Below the pieces are notes generated by a model, which worked only from the letters and a program-made list of their open reading frames with translations, did no database searches and was not told the origin of the DNA. The translations under genes were made by a program, and so were the position numbers. Shown one piece after another: positions 49,518 to 59,871 of a stretch of 64,000 nt of DNA. Position 1 is the first letter of the stretch, and every line of letters starts with the position of its first letter. The DNA comes from Bdellovibrionales bacterium. Lineage in GTDB: Bacteria > Bdellovibrionota > Bdellovibrionia > Bdellovibrionales > UBA1609. The stretch is from assembly GCA_965200875.1 (NCBI GenBank), contig OZ241456.1, positions 640,001 to 704,000 of the forward strand, written 5' to 3'.

Positions 49518-50816
49518 ATGAAAAAAAATCCTTTTAATCCAAACTCTGTGGTTCAACCACTATTATTTGCTGGTCGTGCTCAGCAGGTTTTTTATATGGT
49601 GCGCAAAATGTCTCAGGTTCGGAACAAAATGCCAGCCAGTTTTGTTATTTCCGGGGAACGGGGAATAGGTAAAACAGCTTTGGCAAAATTTATAATGTTC
49701 ATTTCTCAGAAAAAAGACAAAGAGTTTGAAAACTTAAATTTTTTAACCACCTATTATACTATAGAACAAGGGCAATCTTTTCGATCAGTACTTCAATCCT
49801 CCCTTAATTTACTGACAGATCAACTTCCTAAAACTTCTATAGAAAGACTTAGCTCCCACTTGGGAGGTTTGTTTAAAGATGGCAAGTTTTCTCTTGGCGC
49901 GTTTGGAGTCACAGTATCAGCGAATAGAGATAAAGGAGCACTTTCTGAAGAAAGTATGTATGTGAAAGATCATGCCATATCCATATTGACCAATATTCTT
50001 AAAGGCATGGAAGCGGAGCAATCAAAAATCAGAAGAAACAAAGCCTTGGATGGACTGCTTATTGTGTTGGATGAAATACACAACATCAGGGATTTTGATG
50101 GTGTTGCGCAAATCTTAAGAAATGTCATAACCACTTTGGATATAAATGGGCACGGCAATATTGTGTTTTTAATTATCAGTCCTCCTTCAGCCGTAAAGCG
50201 TTTTTTTAAAGGAGATCCTTCTGCTAAAAGAAGTTTTGATATATCTTCCTTGGAGATCATGCCTGATAATGAGGCTCAGGAAATACTTATAAAAGGTTTT
50301 GATCAGGCAGAAATCAAATACGATAAAGAGATTATTGAAAATAATATAAGCAAAGCAGGAGGATACCCTCATTCCATCCAAGTTTTAGGGCATAATTTGG
50401 TGGAAACAGACGAAGACAATTACATTGATAAAGAAGATTGGGAAAAAGCCATAAAAAAAACTGCTTTGGAGCTTCAACAAAAAGACTTTTCCAATCTCTA
50501 TAGTTTTAACGGAAAAATTCGGCAAAGAGATGAGCTTTTAAATGTTTTAGCTCTTCTGCCAAGGCCGATATCTAAGACAAAACTGGCAAGTGAATTTCAA
50601 AAAAAACAAAAAAATATTTATACCAAAACTTGTCTTCCGGAATTAAAAAAAACAGGGGCTATAAAAGAAGATTCGGAAACTGGCGTGCTTTCTTTACAGT
50701 CTTATTTATTTAAATCTGCTATCAGACTTCATATAGCTTCTTATATCAATGAAGAAAGTGAATCACAATCAGCTTGGTATCAAGTATATAAAGCTCTGGC
50801 AGATAAAAACCGGTGA
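49518..50816 (+). CDS. AAA+ ATPase (ORC/Cdc6-like or STAND-like) with a probable C-terminal winged helix
   Basis: NPF.P...FAGR, Walker A GERGIGKT, Walker B IVLDE, GGYP. Confidence 0.8.
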   Translation: MKKNPFNPNSVVQPLLFAGRAQQVFYMVRKMSQVRNKMPASFVISGERGIGKTALAKFIMFISQKKDKEFENLNFLTTYYTIEQGQSFRSVLQSSLNLLTDQLPKTSIERLSSHLGGLFKDGKFSLGAFGVTVSANRDKGALSEESMYVKDHAISILTNILKGMEAEQSKIRRNKALDGLLIVLDEIHNIRDFDGVAQILRNVITTLDINGHGNIVFLIISPPSAVKRFFKGDPSAKRSFDISSLEIMPDNEAQEILIKGFDQAEIKYDKEIIENNISKAGGYPHSIQVLGHNLVETDEDNYIDKEDWEKAIKKTALELQQKDFSNLYSFNGKIRQRDELLNVLALLPRPISKTKLASEFQKKQKNIYTKTCLPELKKTGAIKEDSETGVLSLQSYLFKSAIRLHIASYINEESESQSAWYQVYKALADKNR

Positions 50817-51038
50817 CAGATATGTGGCTTTAGGGTGATATAAAGGATTAAAAATAAAAAAGTAACATTTAAAGATTTTGATAAATTAAGCTTTAAACTA
50901 GCCATTCGTTTGTTTTTTTGAAAAAATTATATTGACTGGGAGTCAAGACGCTTTTTCTTTTCATTTTTGCAAAACCTTGAAATTATTTTCGGTTTTGGTA
51001 GTTGCAGGATGAGCTGAAATATGTCAAGAAGTAAGAAT

Positions 51039-51848
51039 ATGAAAGCTTTTTTTATAATTCTTTTATTTCCGGTTTTTGGAGTTGCAGGACAATCTGAAAA
51101 ATGTCAAAAAATACAAGTCGATATAGCCAATGCCGAAGTTGCTTTGTCAAAAGCTAATGTTGATATATCCAAAGCCAGAGCCGATTCGTCTAAAGCCACT
51201 GCTAATTTGTTCAGAGCCAATGCTGATATGTCCAAAAAAATAGTTGCTATTTTGTCCAAAGCCAATGTTGATATATCCAGAGCCAGTGCCGATTCGTCTA
51301 AAGCTCAAGCCGATATGTCCAAAGCTTTTAAAGAAGCTCTAAAATACAAATGTTTTAAACAAACAACTACTTGTATAAAAACAATTAAAAGTAAAGCCAA
51401 AGTCTCTGCTAATATATCCAAATTCTATGCTGATATATCTAAAGCCACTTTTGGTGTGTCCAAAGCCCAAACCGATTCGTTAAAACTTCAAGCTGATGCA
51501 ATCAAATTCTCTGCTGATTGGGGTAAAGCTGATAATTCTATATTCAAAGCCCGAGCTAAAATCAAAAAAACAGTGGTCGGTAAAGGAGGGATAGCCAGAG
51601 CCAGTGCCGATTCGTCTAAAGCTCAAGCCGATATGTCCAAAGCCTTTGCTGATATGTCCAAAGCTTCTGCTATTTTGTCCAAAGTTTATGCTGATATGTC
51701 CAAAGCTTCTGCTATTTTGTCCAACTCTCGTGCTGATTGGGCCAAAGCCTTTGATGATATATCCAAACTCCATATTGTTTGGCTTAAAATTGATGTGGAT
51801 TTTAAAAAATATTGTGTTAAAAAACAGCGTCCATCAGTCTCCATATAA
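51039..51848 (+). CDS. secreted heptad-repeat (ADxSKA) protein
   Basis: Signal peptide MKAFFII...VAG; 7-aa/21-nt repeats; Cys residues flank the repeat blocks. Confidence 0.7.
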   Translation: MKAFFIILLFPVFGVAGQSEKCQKIQVDIANAEVALSKANVDISKARADSSKATANLFRANADMSKKIVAILSKANVDISRASADSSKAQADMSKAFKEALKYKCFKQTTTCIKTIKSKAKVSANISKFYADISKATFGVSKAQTDSLKLQADAIKFSADWGKADNSIFKARAKIKKTVVGKGGIARASADSSKAQADMSKAFADMSKASAILSKVYADMSKASAILSNSRADWAKAFDDISKLHIVWLKIDVDFKKYCVKKQRPSVSI

Positions 51849-51867
51849 TACAATAAAGGTCTCCAAA

Positions 51868-52785
51868 TTGGATATTCAACAGTTAAAAATTTTTTGCACG
51901 GTAATTTCAGAAGGAAGTATGACTGCCGCCGCAGTTAAAATGTCTGTTACTCAACCAGCCATAAGCCAAAAGATCCGTAGTTTGGAGAGTGAACTGGGTG
52001 TCAAACTGCTGGTGAGAGGAGTGCGACAAATCCGCCTGACAGTTCAGGGACAATTACTATATAGCTATGCGAAAAAAATTCTTAATCTGACACAAACAGT
52101 GGAATCTGCCATTCAAACGCTATCCAATGAATTGGAAGGAAGTATCCAAGTTGCGACTTTAAATTCCATTGGGCTTAATCTGATTACTCCTATCGTTGGT
52201 GCTATTTTAAATCCCAATCAAAGAAAATTAAGGATGGGTCTTTCATACGGAACGGGTGTGGAAGTAATAGAAAAAATGAAAACAAAAGAGGTGGATATTG
52301 CCATCTTACCGGATTTAAAAGAAGAATATGGATTGACCATTCCAGGGTATCAATCTCAATTATTGTTTAAAGATGAATTGCTGTTTGTGGGTTCCGGAAA
52401 AGACAACTCTTTGCCCAGAAATACCTCTATAAAAGACTTTGGTTTGCGTCCAATGGTGGCTTTTAAAAATCTTTTTCCCAGGTTTCGGTATCATCTCTAT
52501 GAAATGATGACACAAAAAAAAATGGAAATCCAAGCTCCTGTTTTTGAAAGCAACAATATAGGCACTTTAAAAAAGATTATTGAAGTATGGATGTGTTGGG
52601 GCTTTCTGCCTTCGCACAGCATTCATAAACAAATACGAATGGGTAGACTTTCTGTCATTCAGTTGGAGGAAATTTCTTACTTTATGAATATCAATGCTTA
52701 TTACAAGTTCAATCAATCAGAAAAAACACAGAGAATGATTGACACCTTTTTGATGATGCTCAAAAAACAACATCATCTTTTGTAA
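51868..52785 (+). CDS. LysR family transcriptional regulator
   Basis: HTH GSMTAAA...TQPAISQKIRSLE.ELG..L..R; start at TTG (LDIQQLKIF). Confidence 0.92.
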   Translation: MDIQQLKIFCTVISEGSMTAAAVKMSVTQPAISQKIRSLESELGVKLLVRGVRQIRLTVQGQLLYSYAKKILNLTQTVESAIQTLSNELEGSIQVATLNSIGLNLITPIVGAILNPNQRKLRMGLSYGTGVEVIEKMKTKEVDIAILPDLKEEYGLTIPGYQSQLLFKDELLFVGSGKDNSLPRNTSIKDFGLRPMVAFKNLFPRFRYHLYEMMTQKKMEIQAPVFESNNIGTLKKIIEVWMCWGFLPSHSIHKQIRMGRLSVIQLEEISYFMNINAYYKFNQSEKTQRMIDTFLMMLKKQHHLL

Positions 52786-52811
52786 CCTGAATGCCAGTCA
52801 AAGATTTCCAT

Positions 52812-54209
52812 TTACAAAATATTGGCTGCCAATTCCGCCAATTCAGATCTTTCCCCCTTCGTAAGGGTAATATGAGCAGAAAGAGGAGCGAATTTGAATT
52901 TTTCCACAGAAAAAGTCAGCCCATTATTGGAGGAATCCACATAAGGATTATCAATCTGGTAACAATCACCTGTTAAAATCACTTTTGTTCCCTGGCCAGC
53001 TCTGGTTAACACTGTTTTTATCTCATGGGGAGTCAGGTTTTGTGCTTCGTCCACGATCAGGTATTGATTGGGAATACTTCGTCCACGAATATAAGCCAAC
53101 GGTTCGATATTAATCAGTCCCTGGTTTATTAAATCCTGAGCCAGACGAGAGGCTTTTTTCCCTAACCCCATTAAAAACTCCACGCTGTCAAATACAGGTT
53201 GCATCCAAGGATTCAATTTTTGCTCAATATCCCCTGGAAGATAACCAATATCTCTTCCCATAGGGAACACTGGACGCGAGACCAATAATTTTTGAAAAGA
53301 ACTTTCCTCCAGAGTTTTATACAAACCCACAGCCAAAGCCAAAAGAGTTTTTCCTGTTCCGGCTTTGCCGAGCAGAGACACAAACATAATATCGTCATTC
53401 ATTAAAGCATCTAAGGCAAAACGTTGCTCCCGATTTCTGGGATGCACCCCCCATATTGGATCGGAGGATTCATAAATATGGACAACACGCTTTTTTTTAT
53501 TATCATAGCGCCCCATCGCATTTTCTGGCCCATTATTCATTATCACATATTGATTCGGGTGCAATTTGTTGTTCAAAGTCAGCCAAAGCTTATCTGGATA
53601 CTTTTCATTCAAATTTTTAATATCATGAGATTTCTCGTTTTGAACCTCCTCCACAGAAAGAAACTTATCCTCCCGAAAAGTATTGATCTGTTGAGAATCC
53701 ACATTCAATCTGCAAACCCCAGTGTAAAGCTCTTCAAAACCTGGAGTTTGCTCAGGGTCATAATCTCTGGCAGGAATACCGAAAACATCAGCTTTTATTC
53801 TTAAATTAATATCTTTGGTAACCAGCTCCACACGGGCAGAGGAGTTTTGCTCTTTCAAATACAAGGCTGTGGCCAAAATGCGATGATCCACCTTGGATAA
53901 ATCCAATTCCGGAACGGAAGAAGAAATATCCATACAAATAAATAAATAAGATCCAGACTCCAGAGATACGCCTTCTTTTAAAGTGCCTTTATCACGCAAG
54001 TTATCCATAAAGCGATTAAACTGTCGCGCATTCCTACCTTTTTCACCCATATCTCTTTTAAAGGTGTCAATCTCCTCTAAAACAGAAAAAGGAATATAAA
54101 TATCTGATGAGCTAAAAGTGTTAAATGCCAAAGCGTCATAAAGAAGAGCACTGGTATCCAATACAACTTTTCGATCAAATTTTCCTCGCTCAAAAATATT
54201 TTTTTCCAT
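52812..54209 (-). CDS. PhoH family protein with an N-terminal PIN domain
   Basis: VLDTS..L, D.RIL, TKDINLRIKA; GKAGTGKT, IRGRS, DEAQN. Confidence 0.92.
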   Translation of the reverse strand: MEKNIFERGKFDRKVVLDTSALLYDALAFNTFSSSDIYIPFSVLEEIDTFKRDMGEKGRNARQFNRFMDNLRDKGTLKEGVSLESGSYLFICMDISSSVPELDLSKVDHRILATALYLKEQNSSARVELVTKDINLRIKADVFGIPARDYDPEQTPGFEELYTGVCRLNVDSQQINTFREDKFLSVEEVQNEKSHDIKNLNEKYPDKLWLTLNNKLHPNQYVIMNNGPENAMGRYDNKKKRVVHIYESSDPIWGVHPRNREQRFALDALMNDDIMFVSLLGKAGTGKTLLALAVGLYKTLEESSFQKLLVSRPVFPMGRDIGYLPGDIEQKLNPWMQPVFDSVEFLMGLGKKASRLAQDLINQGLINIEPLAYIRGRSIPNQYLIVDEAQNLTPHEIKTVLTRAGQGTKVILTGDCYQIDNPYVDSSNNGLTFSVEKFKFAPLSAHITLTKGERSELAELAANIL

Positions 54210-54238
54210 GCTTGGATATACTCTTTTTAATAATGTTA

Positions 54239-55417
54239 TTATAAAGATGCGAAAACTCTATTACGTCCTGAGGTTTTGGATTTATAAAGAAGCTTATCCG
54301 CTCTTGCATACATACTCTTCCAATATTTATCTCTACTTACCTGACAAGTCACTCCTGCGGAAATGGTTACCTTTATTTCCTGCTTATTATACTGGAATAC
54401 ATGTTTTTCCAGCTTTTTGCGAGCGGTTTCTATCGCGTTTTCCGCCCTGTCCACTAAACTCTGCACGATAATACAGAACTCCTCACCTCCACAGCGGATG
54501 AATAGATCATTGGAGCGAAAACAAGTTTGAATCAAGGCAACCACTTCTTTTAAAATAAAATCCCCTGCCAAATGTCCATAAGTATCGTTCACCTTCTTAA
54601 AATGATCTATATCGAACATAATTAAAGATAGAGGTGTTCTGCTTTTTTTACATTGTACAAAAAGCTCTTTTGCTCTTCTATCAAGCATAAATTTATTACC
54701 CACTCCCGTTAGAGGATCACGGAAAGCTTTTTCAAAGTTTTCTTTTAGGGCAATAATTTCAGGGTTACCTCTATCTAAAAATTTAAACACTATATTGCCA
54801 AGCTTTAATTTGCTATTATCTTTCAGCTGAGTTTCATTACCAGCACCAAGAAGCTTGCCATTAATAAATGTGCCATTAGTGGAATGTTGATCTTCAATAA
54901 AAATTCCAGACCCTTTCACATGGAAATACAGATGTTTCTTGCTGATAGACAGATCCTGTATAGGAATATCACAGTTCCGATTACGGCCAATGCTTATATT
55001 TGTTTTGTCACTAACAATCCAATATCTCCCTACCAGCTCATCTGGACCTAAAAGACACACAATATAGGCAGACATGGCATGATTTTGCTGATCCTGCTCC
55101 AACATATACAAAGGACTATCCACCACTACTGTTTCAGAGGATTCCATAATTCCTGAATTAGACGACACTCCTGATACTCTCGAATTGGACGACACTCCCG
55201 ACACTCCTGAATTGGATGACATTCCTGTATGAAACCCAGAGTTTTTCTGGCTGAGTTCCAAGTGTTTCTCCTTGTGGTTATTGGATTTTTCCATATTATC
55301 TTGATCGTTTTTAGGCTTTTTTTCAAAAGAAAAGTGCGTTTTTGCTTTTTTTTGTGGTAAAGAAATATCTGCTATTTCCAGAAGCTCTTTCTTTTTTGCG
55401 TTTATTTTTGCGTTCAT
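54239..55417 (-). CDS. FHA-domain diguanylate cyclase (DgcB-like)
   Basis: FHA motifs IGR...S.SK.H...STNGT; GGEEF active site with RSND I-site. Confidence 0.88.
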   Translation of the reverse strand: MNAKINAKKKELLEIADISLPQKKAKTHFSFEKKPKNDQDNMEKSNNHKEKHLELSQKNSGFHTGMSSNSGVSGVSSNSRVSGVSSNSGIMESSETVVVDSPLYMLEQDQQNHAMSAYIVCLLGPDELVGRYWIVSDKTNISIGRNRNCDIPIQDLSISKKHLYFHVKGSGIFIEDQHSTNGTFINGKLLGAGNETQLKDNSKLKLGNIVFKFLDRGNPEIIALKENFEKAFRDPLTGVGNKFMLDRRAKELFVQCKKSRTPLSLIMFDIDHFKKVNDTYGHLAGDFILKEVVALIQTCFRSNDLFIRCGGEEFCIIVQSLVDRAENAIETARKKLEKHVFQYNKQEIKVTISAGVTCQVSRDKYWKSMYARADKLLYKSKTSGRNRVFASL

Positions 55418-55443
55418 TTACATTTCCTGTGCTTTTTTGATAA

Positions 55444-56622
55444 TTATTCTTTTTCCTCTTCGGCTGTTGCTTCTTCCGGTTTCGCCTGTGTAAACTGTTG
55501 TGTCTGTGCCTCTTGAGGCATATTCCCCCCTTTTGCAACATTCAAAATCATTTGTAAGCCACGAATCACATTTCTGTTTTGACTTCTATATCCTTCTAGC
55601 TTGTTTGATATTTCATTATGCTTGCTTTTTTGAGTATCCGAGTCCATTTTCATTCTGTCAATTTGGCGTTTTAAGTCTAAAATATATTGATCTTTCTCCC
55701 TTGCCAATGTCTGACTATCTAACTTCATTAACTCCAGACGATTTTCCAATTCTCTCTCCCTCACCCGAATCTGCTGAATGTTGCTGAATAGCCTTTTTTC
55801 CAGTTCCTTGTTTTTTACAGTCATTTTTTCAATTTCCAGTGTCTGACTGTTCAAGGTATCCAATAAAGCCCTTTTTTCCTGTTGAAACTCTTCACGACTT
55901 TCCTCATAAGTTCTTTTCAGGTTATCATTCTGCACTATAATTTTGTCTAAACGTTCCCGAAAAATATCACCAGTCGCTATAAGATCCTCATTTTCCATTC
56001 TCAGCCTTTCAATTTCTGTTTCCAGTGCGACAATACGATCCTGAGCCACTCTGAGATTTTCCGATTGTTGTAAAGTAATACGCATGGGAATTTTATTTTG
56101 TGTAACTACATTTTCATATATGGCTTTTGCATTCTCGCTCTGCATATTCTGCGAAACCTGTGCCTTCTCCACACTCTGCATAGTCTGTAAAACCTGCGTA
56201 TTTTTTAATGGTTTCCTCTCTTTTTTTTCAAAATTAACAGGATTTTCCTCAAATTTAAGTTTCCTAGAATCAATAGCTTTTTTATTTGCTACAAATTGGT
56301 TTTCTTGAGGTTTTTCCCTCTCCTTTTCGTGGGATTTCAAAGCTGTTTTTTCTTTCAGAAGCTCTTTTTTGTTCTTTTTCTTTAGTTTTCCAGCAAATTT
56401 AACAGCTTTTTTTTGCGGGGCTTTTTGTTTATTGTCTTCCTCGACTTTATGAGGATCAAAGTAAATCAAACTCTCCAAGTTCTGATTTTGCGCTTTTTGC
56501 TCAGAGGCAAGGTTCTCATTTACCAAATCAGAAATAAAAAAATCTGAAGATGAGGAGACTATTTCCTCATTTAATTCATCCATGACACTCTCAATAACTG
56601 AAACTTTATCTTTTTTGCCCAT
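55444..56622 (-). CDS. coiled-coil hypothetical protein
   Basis: 392-aa ORF with a long heptad-rich C-terminal half. Confidence 0.7.
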   Translation of the reverse strand: MGKKDKVSVIESVMDELNEEIVSSSSDFFISDLVNENLASEQKAQNQNLESLIYFDPHKVEEDNKQKAPQKKAVKFAGKLKKKNKKELLKEKTALKSHEKEREKPQENQFVANKKAIDSRKLKFEENPVNFEKKERKPLKNTQVLQTMQSVEKAQVSQNMQSENAKAIYENVVTQNKIPMRITLQQSENLRVAQDRIVALETEIERLRMENEDLIATGDIFRERLDKIIVQNDNLKRTYEESREEFQQEKRALLDTLNSQTLEIEKMTVKNKELEKRLFSNIQQIRVRERELENRLELMKLDSQTLAREKDQYILDLKRQIDRMKMDSDTQKSKHNEISNKLEGYRSQNRNVIRGLQMILNVAKGGNMPQEAQTQQFTQAKPEEATAEEEKE

Positions 56623-56978
56623 AAATTATCATCTCCAATCCCTAAAACAAAAAAACCGTGAATAAAGGTTTTTTTCAGGACTACTATATAATTTATCGGA
56701 AATCCGCTGAATTTCTTAAAAATAGAGGGAGGTTTTTGGAGCCTTAACGCTTTCACTGGCAATTTTTTTGAATTACAGACTTTCAAAAAAGCTATTTTTG
56801 CCTTATTTTTACGCTGATTTGATTTTTTACAGACAAAATGCGTAAAACATAAAACATGAAGATTGACAGTGTATAAATTCATTGCTGATATTTAAACCTA
56901 ACAGGTGAGAAACTCCTTCTCAGGATATCCGTCCAAGGAAGGAAACAGCCCAGTGCTGGCTGGAAAAATTCAAACTAA

Positions 56979-58301
56979 ATGAGTATAAAAGAAATTTTCA
57001 AAGGTAGTCCTGTGGTACATGGTGAAGACGAAATTCTACAACATCCCCTATATAAAAATGTTCTTTATGAATTGGAAAGAGCTGGAAAACACATTGGCAT
57101 CAACAGAAATGTGATGGAAAGGCTAAAACTGCCCCGTAGATCCATTCGTGTTTCCATACCGGTGCGCATGGATAATGATCGGGTACAGGTTTTCAACGGC
57201 TATAGAGTTCAACACAATCACACTCTTGGGCCTTTTAAAGGGGGGATTCGTTATCATCCTGGTGTAAATATTGGCGAAGTGGCTGCATTAGCCGCCCTGA
57301 TGACTTATAAAAATTCTCTTTTAAATCTTCCTCTGGGAGGAGCTAAAGGGGGTGTTCAGCTGGATCCTTCAGCAATGTCAAAAGCGGAACTAGAAGCTTT
57401 AACCCGGCGTTTTACTTCTGAATTAAGCCCTTTTATTGGTCCTGACAAGGATATTCCCGCGCCAGATGTGGGCACTGACTCAGAAACAATGGCTTGGATG
57501 CTGGACACTTATTCCCTAGAGTCTGGCTTTTCACAGACAGGAGTGGTAACAGGAAAACCCGTTGAGATTGGTGGTTCAAAAGGGAGAAGTTGCGCCACAG
57601 GATTAGGAGTGGTTTATACTTTGGAAAAAGCATTGGAAGTTCAGAATAAAAACATCAGTGAAGCTACCATAGCTGTACAGGGATTTGGAAAAGTGGGTCT
57701 GCATGCCTGTGTGGAAGCACATGCTTTGGGCGCACGAGTGGTGGCTGTAAGTGATCGCTCTGGAGGTGTTTTCAACCCGAAAGGGCTTAACATAACAGAT
57801 TTGATCAGTCATCTGAGAGAAAATCGCTTTATCAAGGGGTACTCAAAAGGGACAGCTATTTCCAATGAAGAGCTTTTGACACTGGAGGTGGACGCGTTGA
57901 TTCCTTGTGCTTTGGATGGAGTCATCAACAAGAACAACATGAAACACATAAAAGCACCGATGATTGTGGAGGGAGCAAATGGTCCCACCACTCCTTCAGC
58001 CAGTGAATATCTTATTAATCATGATGTGCTGATTGTCCCGGATATTCTCGCTAATGGAGGGGGAGTAGTGGTCAGTTACTTCGAATGGGTGCAGGACATT
58101 GGCTGGCTTTTTTGGACAGAAAAGCAGGTGAGGGATAAACTAAGGGACATTATGTTTATGTCTTTTGACAAAGTATGGGATTTTGCAGAAGAATACCCCA
58201 CTAAAGATGTGGGAAAATATAGAGATTTGCGCCTTTCTGCAATGGGAGTATCTCTTATGCGTTTGGAAAAAGCTATGAAACTAAGAGGGCAAGCTTGGTA
58301 A
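56979..58301 (+). CDS. gdhA: glutamate dehydrogenase (Glu/Leu/Phe/Val family)
   Basis: GPFKGGIRY, GGAKGG, DIPAPDVGT, QGFGKVG, EGANGP, SYFEW. Confidence 0.92.
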   Translation: MSIKEIFKGSPVVHGEDEILQHPLYKNVLYELERAGKHIGINRNVMERLKLPRRSIRVSIPVRMDNDRVQVFNGYRVQHNHTLGPFKGGIRYHPGVNIGEVAALAALMTYKNSLLNLPLGGAKGGVQLDPSAMSKAELEALTRRFTSELSPFIGPDKDIPAPDVGTDSETMAWMLDTYSLESGFSQTGVVTGKPVEIGGSKGRSCATGLGVVYTLEKALEVQNKNISEATIAVQGFGKVGLHACVEAHALGARVVAVSDRSGGVFNPKGLNITDLISHLRENRFIKGYSKGTAISNEELLTLEVDALIPCALDGVINKNNMKHIKAPMIVEGANGPTTPSASEYLINHDVLIVPDILANGGGVVVSYFEWVQDIGWLFWTEKQVRDKLRDIMFMSFDKVWDFAEEYPTKDVGKYRDLRLSAMGVSLMRLEKAMKLRGQAW

Positions 58302-59290
58302 AATATTTACCCTCCACTTTGGCTCATTACATGGCTGATGCCTTGTTATCTTTGTGTTCCAAAACAACAGGAAATAAAAAACCTCCTGAGTGGCGACCTG
58401 TGTATTGGAAAAACCTTTATTTTCCAAACCCTCTGGCTCCAGCGGGGGGTGTAGATAAATCCGCAAAACACTTGAAGATATGGTGGGCTTTGGGAGCTGG
58501 TTTTATTGAAATAGGAACTATTACACCTTTGCCCCAAAAAAAGAATCCAGGGCCTACACTAAAAAAAAACTGGGAGGAAAAAATTTTATGGAATTATTTG
58601 GGTTTTCCTGGGCAGGGGGCAGAAACAGTAAAAAAAAGACTGAAAAAACTACAAAACTTCCGCCCTACGCCTGTTTTTGCCAATATTGGAAAAAATAGAA
58701 CTACTTCCAATGAAACAGCATATAAGGATTACCTGAAATGTATTTCCATACTACATCCTTATGTAGATGGATTTGTGATAAATATCAGTAGCCCCAACAC
58801 GAAAACCTTAAAAGATCTGGCGCATCCGCCGGTACTGCAAAAACTATTAAAGGCTATTAAAAAAAATCTATTTTCTCTGGAGCAACCAAAACCTTTTTTT
58901 ATCAAATGGAGTCCTGATATGAAAGAAAAGGAATTTTTAAAATCCCTAGATATAGCTTTAGAGGAAGGGGTGGATGGTCATATTATATGCAATACAAGTT
59001 TAAAAAGAGAAAAAGGCTTAACAGAAAATTTTCCTGAATATGGAGGAATATCTGGTTCTCCCTTGGCGGACATATCAAAAAAACGGCTAATTTTGGTGCA
59101 AAAACATTTGGGGTCAGAAAGAAAAAATCAGCTTATAATTTCTGTAGGGGGGGTGCTTAAACCCGAAGATGTTTTTGAAAGGCTTGATTTAGGGGCAGAT
59201 TTGGTGCAGACTTACTCTGCCTTGGTTTTTCGTGGTCCTTTTTTTCTTTATCGGGCATCTCAACGGGCATCTCAATCTGATAAACAATAA
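58295..59290 (+). CDS. pyrD: quinone-dependent dihydroorotate dehydrogenase (class 2)
   Basis: NPL..AGG.DK, NIGKN, NISSPNT, GGISG, SVGG, LVQ.YS. Confidence 0.9.
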   Translation: MVKYLPSTLAHYMADALLSLCSKTTGNKKPPEWRPVYWKNLYFPNPLAPAGGVDKSAKHLKIWWALGAGFIEIGTITPLPQKKNPGPTLKKNWEEKILWNYLGFPGQGAETVKKRLKKLQNFRPTPVFANIGKNRTTSNETAYKDYLKCISILHPYVDGFVINISSPNTKTLKDLAHPPVLQKLLKAIKKNLFSLEQPKPFFIKWSPDMKEKEFLKSLDIALEEGVDGHIICNTSLKREKGLTENFPEYGGISGSPLADISKKRLILVQKHLGSERKNQLIISVGGVLKPEDVFERLDLGADLVQTYSALVFRGPFFLYRASQRASQSDKQ

Positions 59291-59387
59291 CCTGTTATTC
59301 CCCTCTTTGGATCGACCTTAAAAAAAAGCCTAGCAATTATCAATAAAAACCTTGTCAAATGAAAAATCTTATGAATAATGGCTACTA

Positions 59388-59696
59388 ATGGCTACTAAAA
59401 ACAAACCCCTTATTTTTACCAAATCTGATCTTATTCAAACCTTGTCGGAACAGAACAAAATCACAAAAGTAATGGCATCTCTCATTGTCAATAGTGTTTT
59501 GGATTCCATTACCAAAGCTCTTAAACAGGGAAATCGTGTGGAAGTACGGCATTTTGGCACTTTTGAAATAAGAACATACGGTTCTTACCAAGGGCGTAAC
59601 CCTCAAACCGGCGAAAAAATATTGGTAAAATCAAAAAAACTTCCTTTTTTCAAACCTGGAAAATTTAGAGAAAAAATCAATGACAGTAAACCTTAA
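59388..59696 (+). CDS. HU/IHF family DNA-binding protein (IHF-beta-like)
   Basis: TKSDLI...RVEVR.FGTF...GRNPQTGE...PFFKPGK. Confidence 0.92.
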   Translation: MATKNKPLIFTKSDLIQTLSEQNKITKVMASLIVNSVLDSITKALKQGNRVEVRHFGTFEIRTYGSYQGRNPQTGEKILVKSKKLPFFKPGKFREKINDSKP

Positions 59697-59871
59697 CATT
59701 TTTAATTAAATGGATTGTGAAGACACTTTAATCCCTAAGTTCGACATTCTTCTGTTATAGAGAGGTTATAGGTTTATCGACTAGACTATTTCAATTAAGT
59801 GTTTATGAAGTAGTCCCCTGAAAGTAGGTGAACCCTCAAACAAGGATTTTTTAGAGGGGGCCTCATGCTTG

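Noticed and set aside
51604..51867. N-terminal extension of the LysR ORF
   Set aside because: It is an alternative frame of the upstream heptad-repeat gene; LysR homology starts at TTG 51868.
56900..56970. Riboswitch upstream of gdhA (ctcagg resembles a glycine aptamer end)
   Set aside because: Other conserved glycine-riboswitch motifs and stems are not evident.
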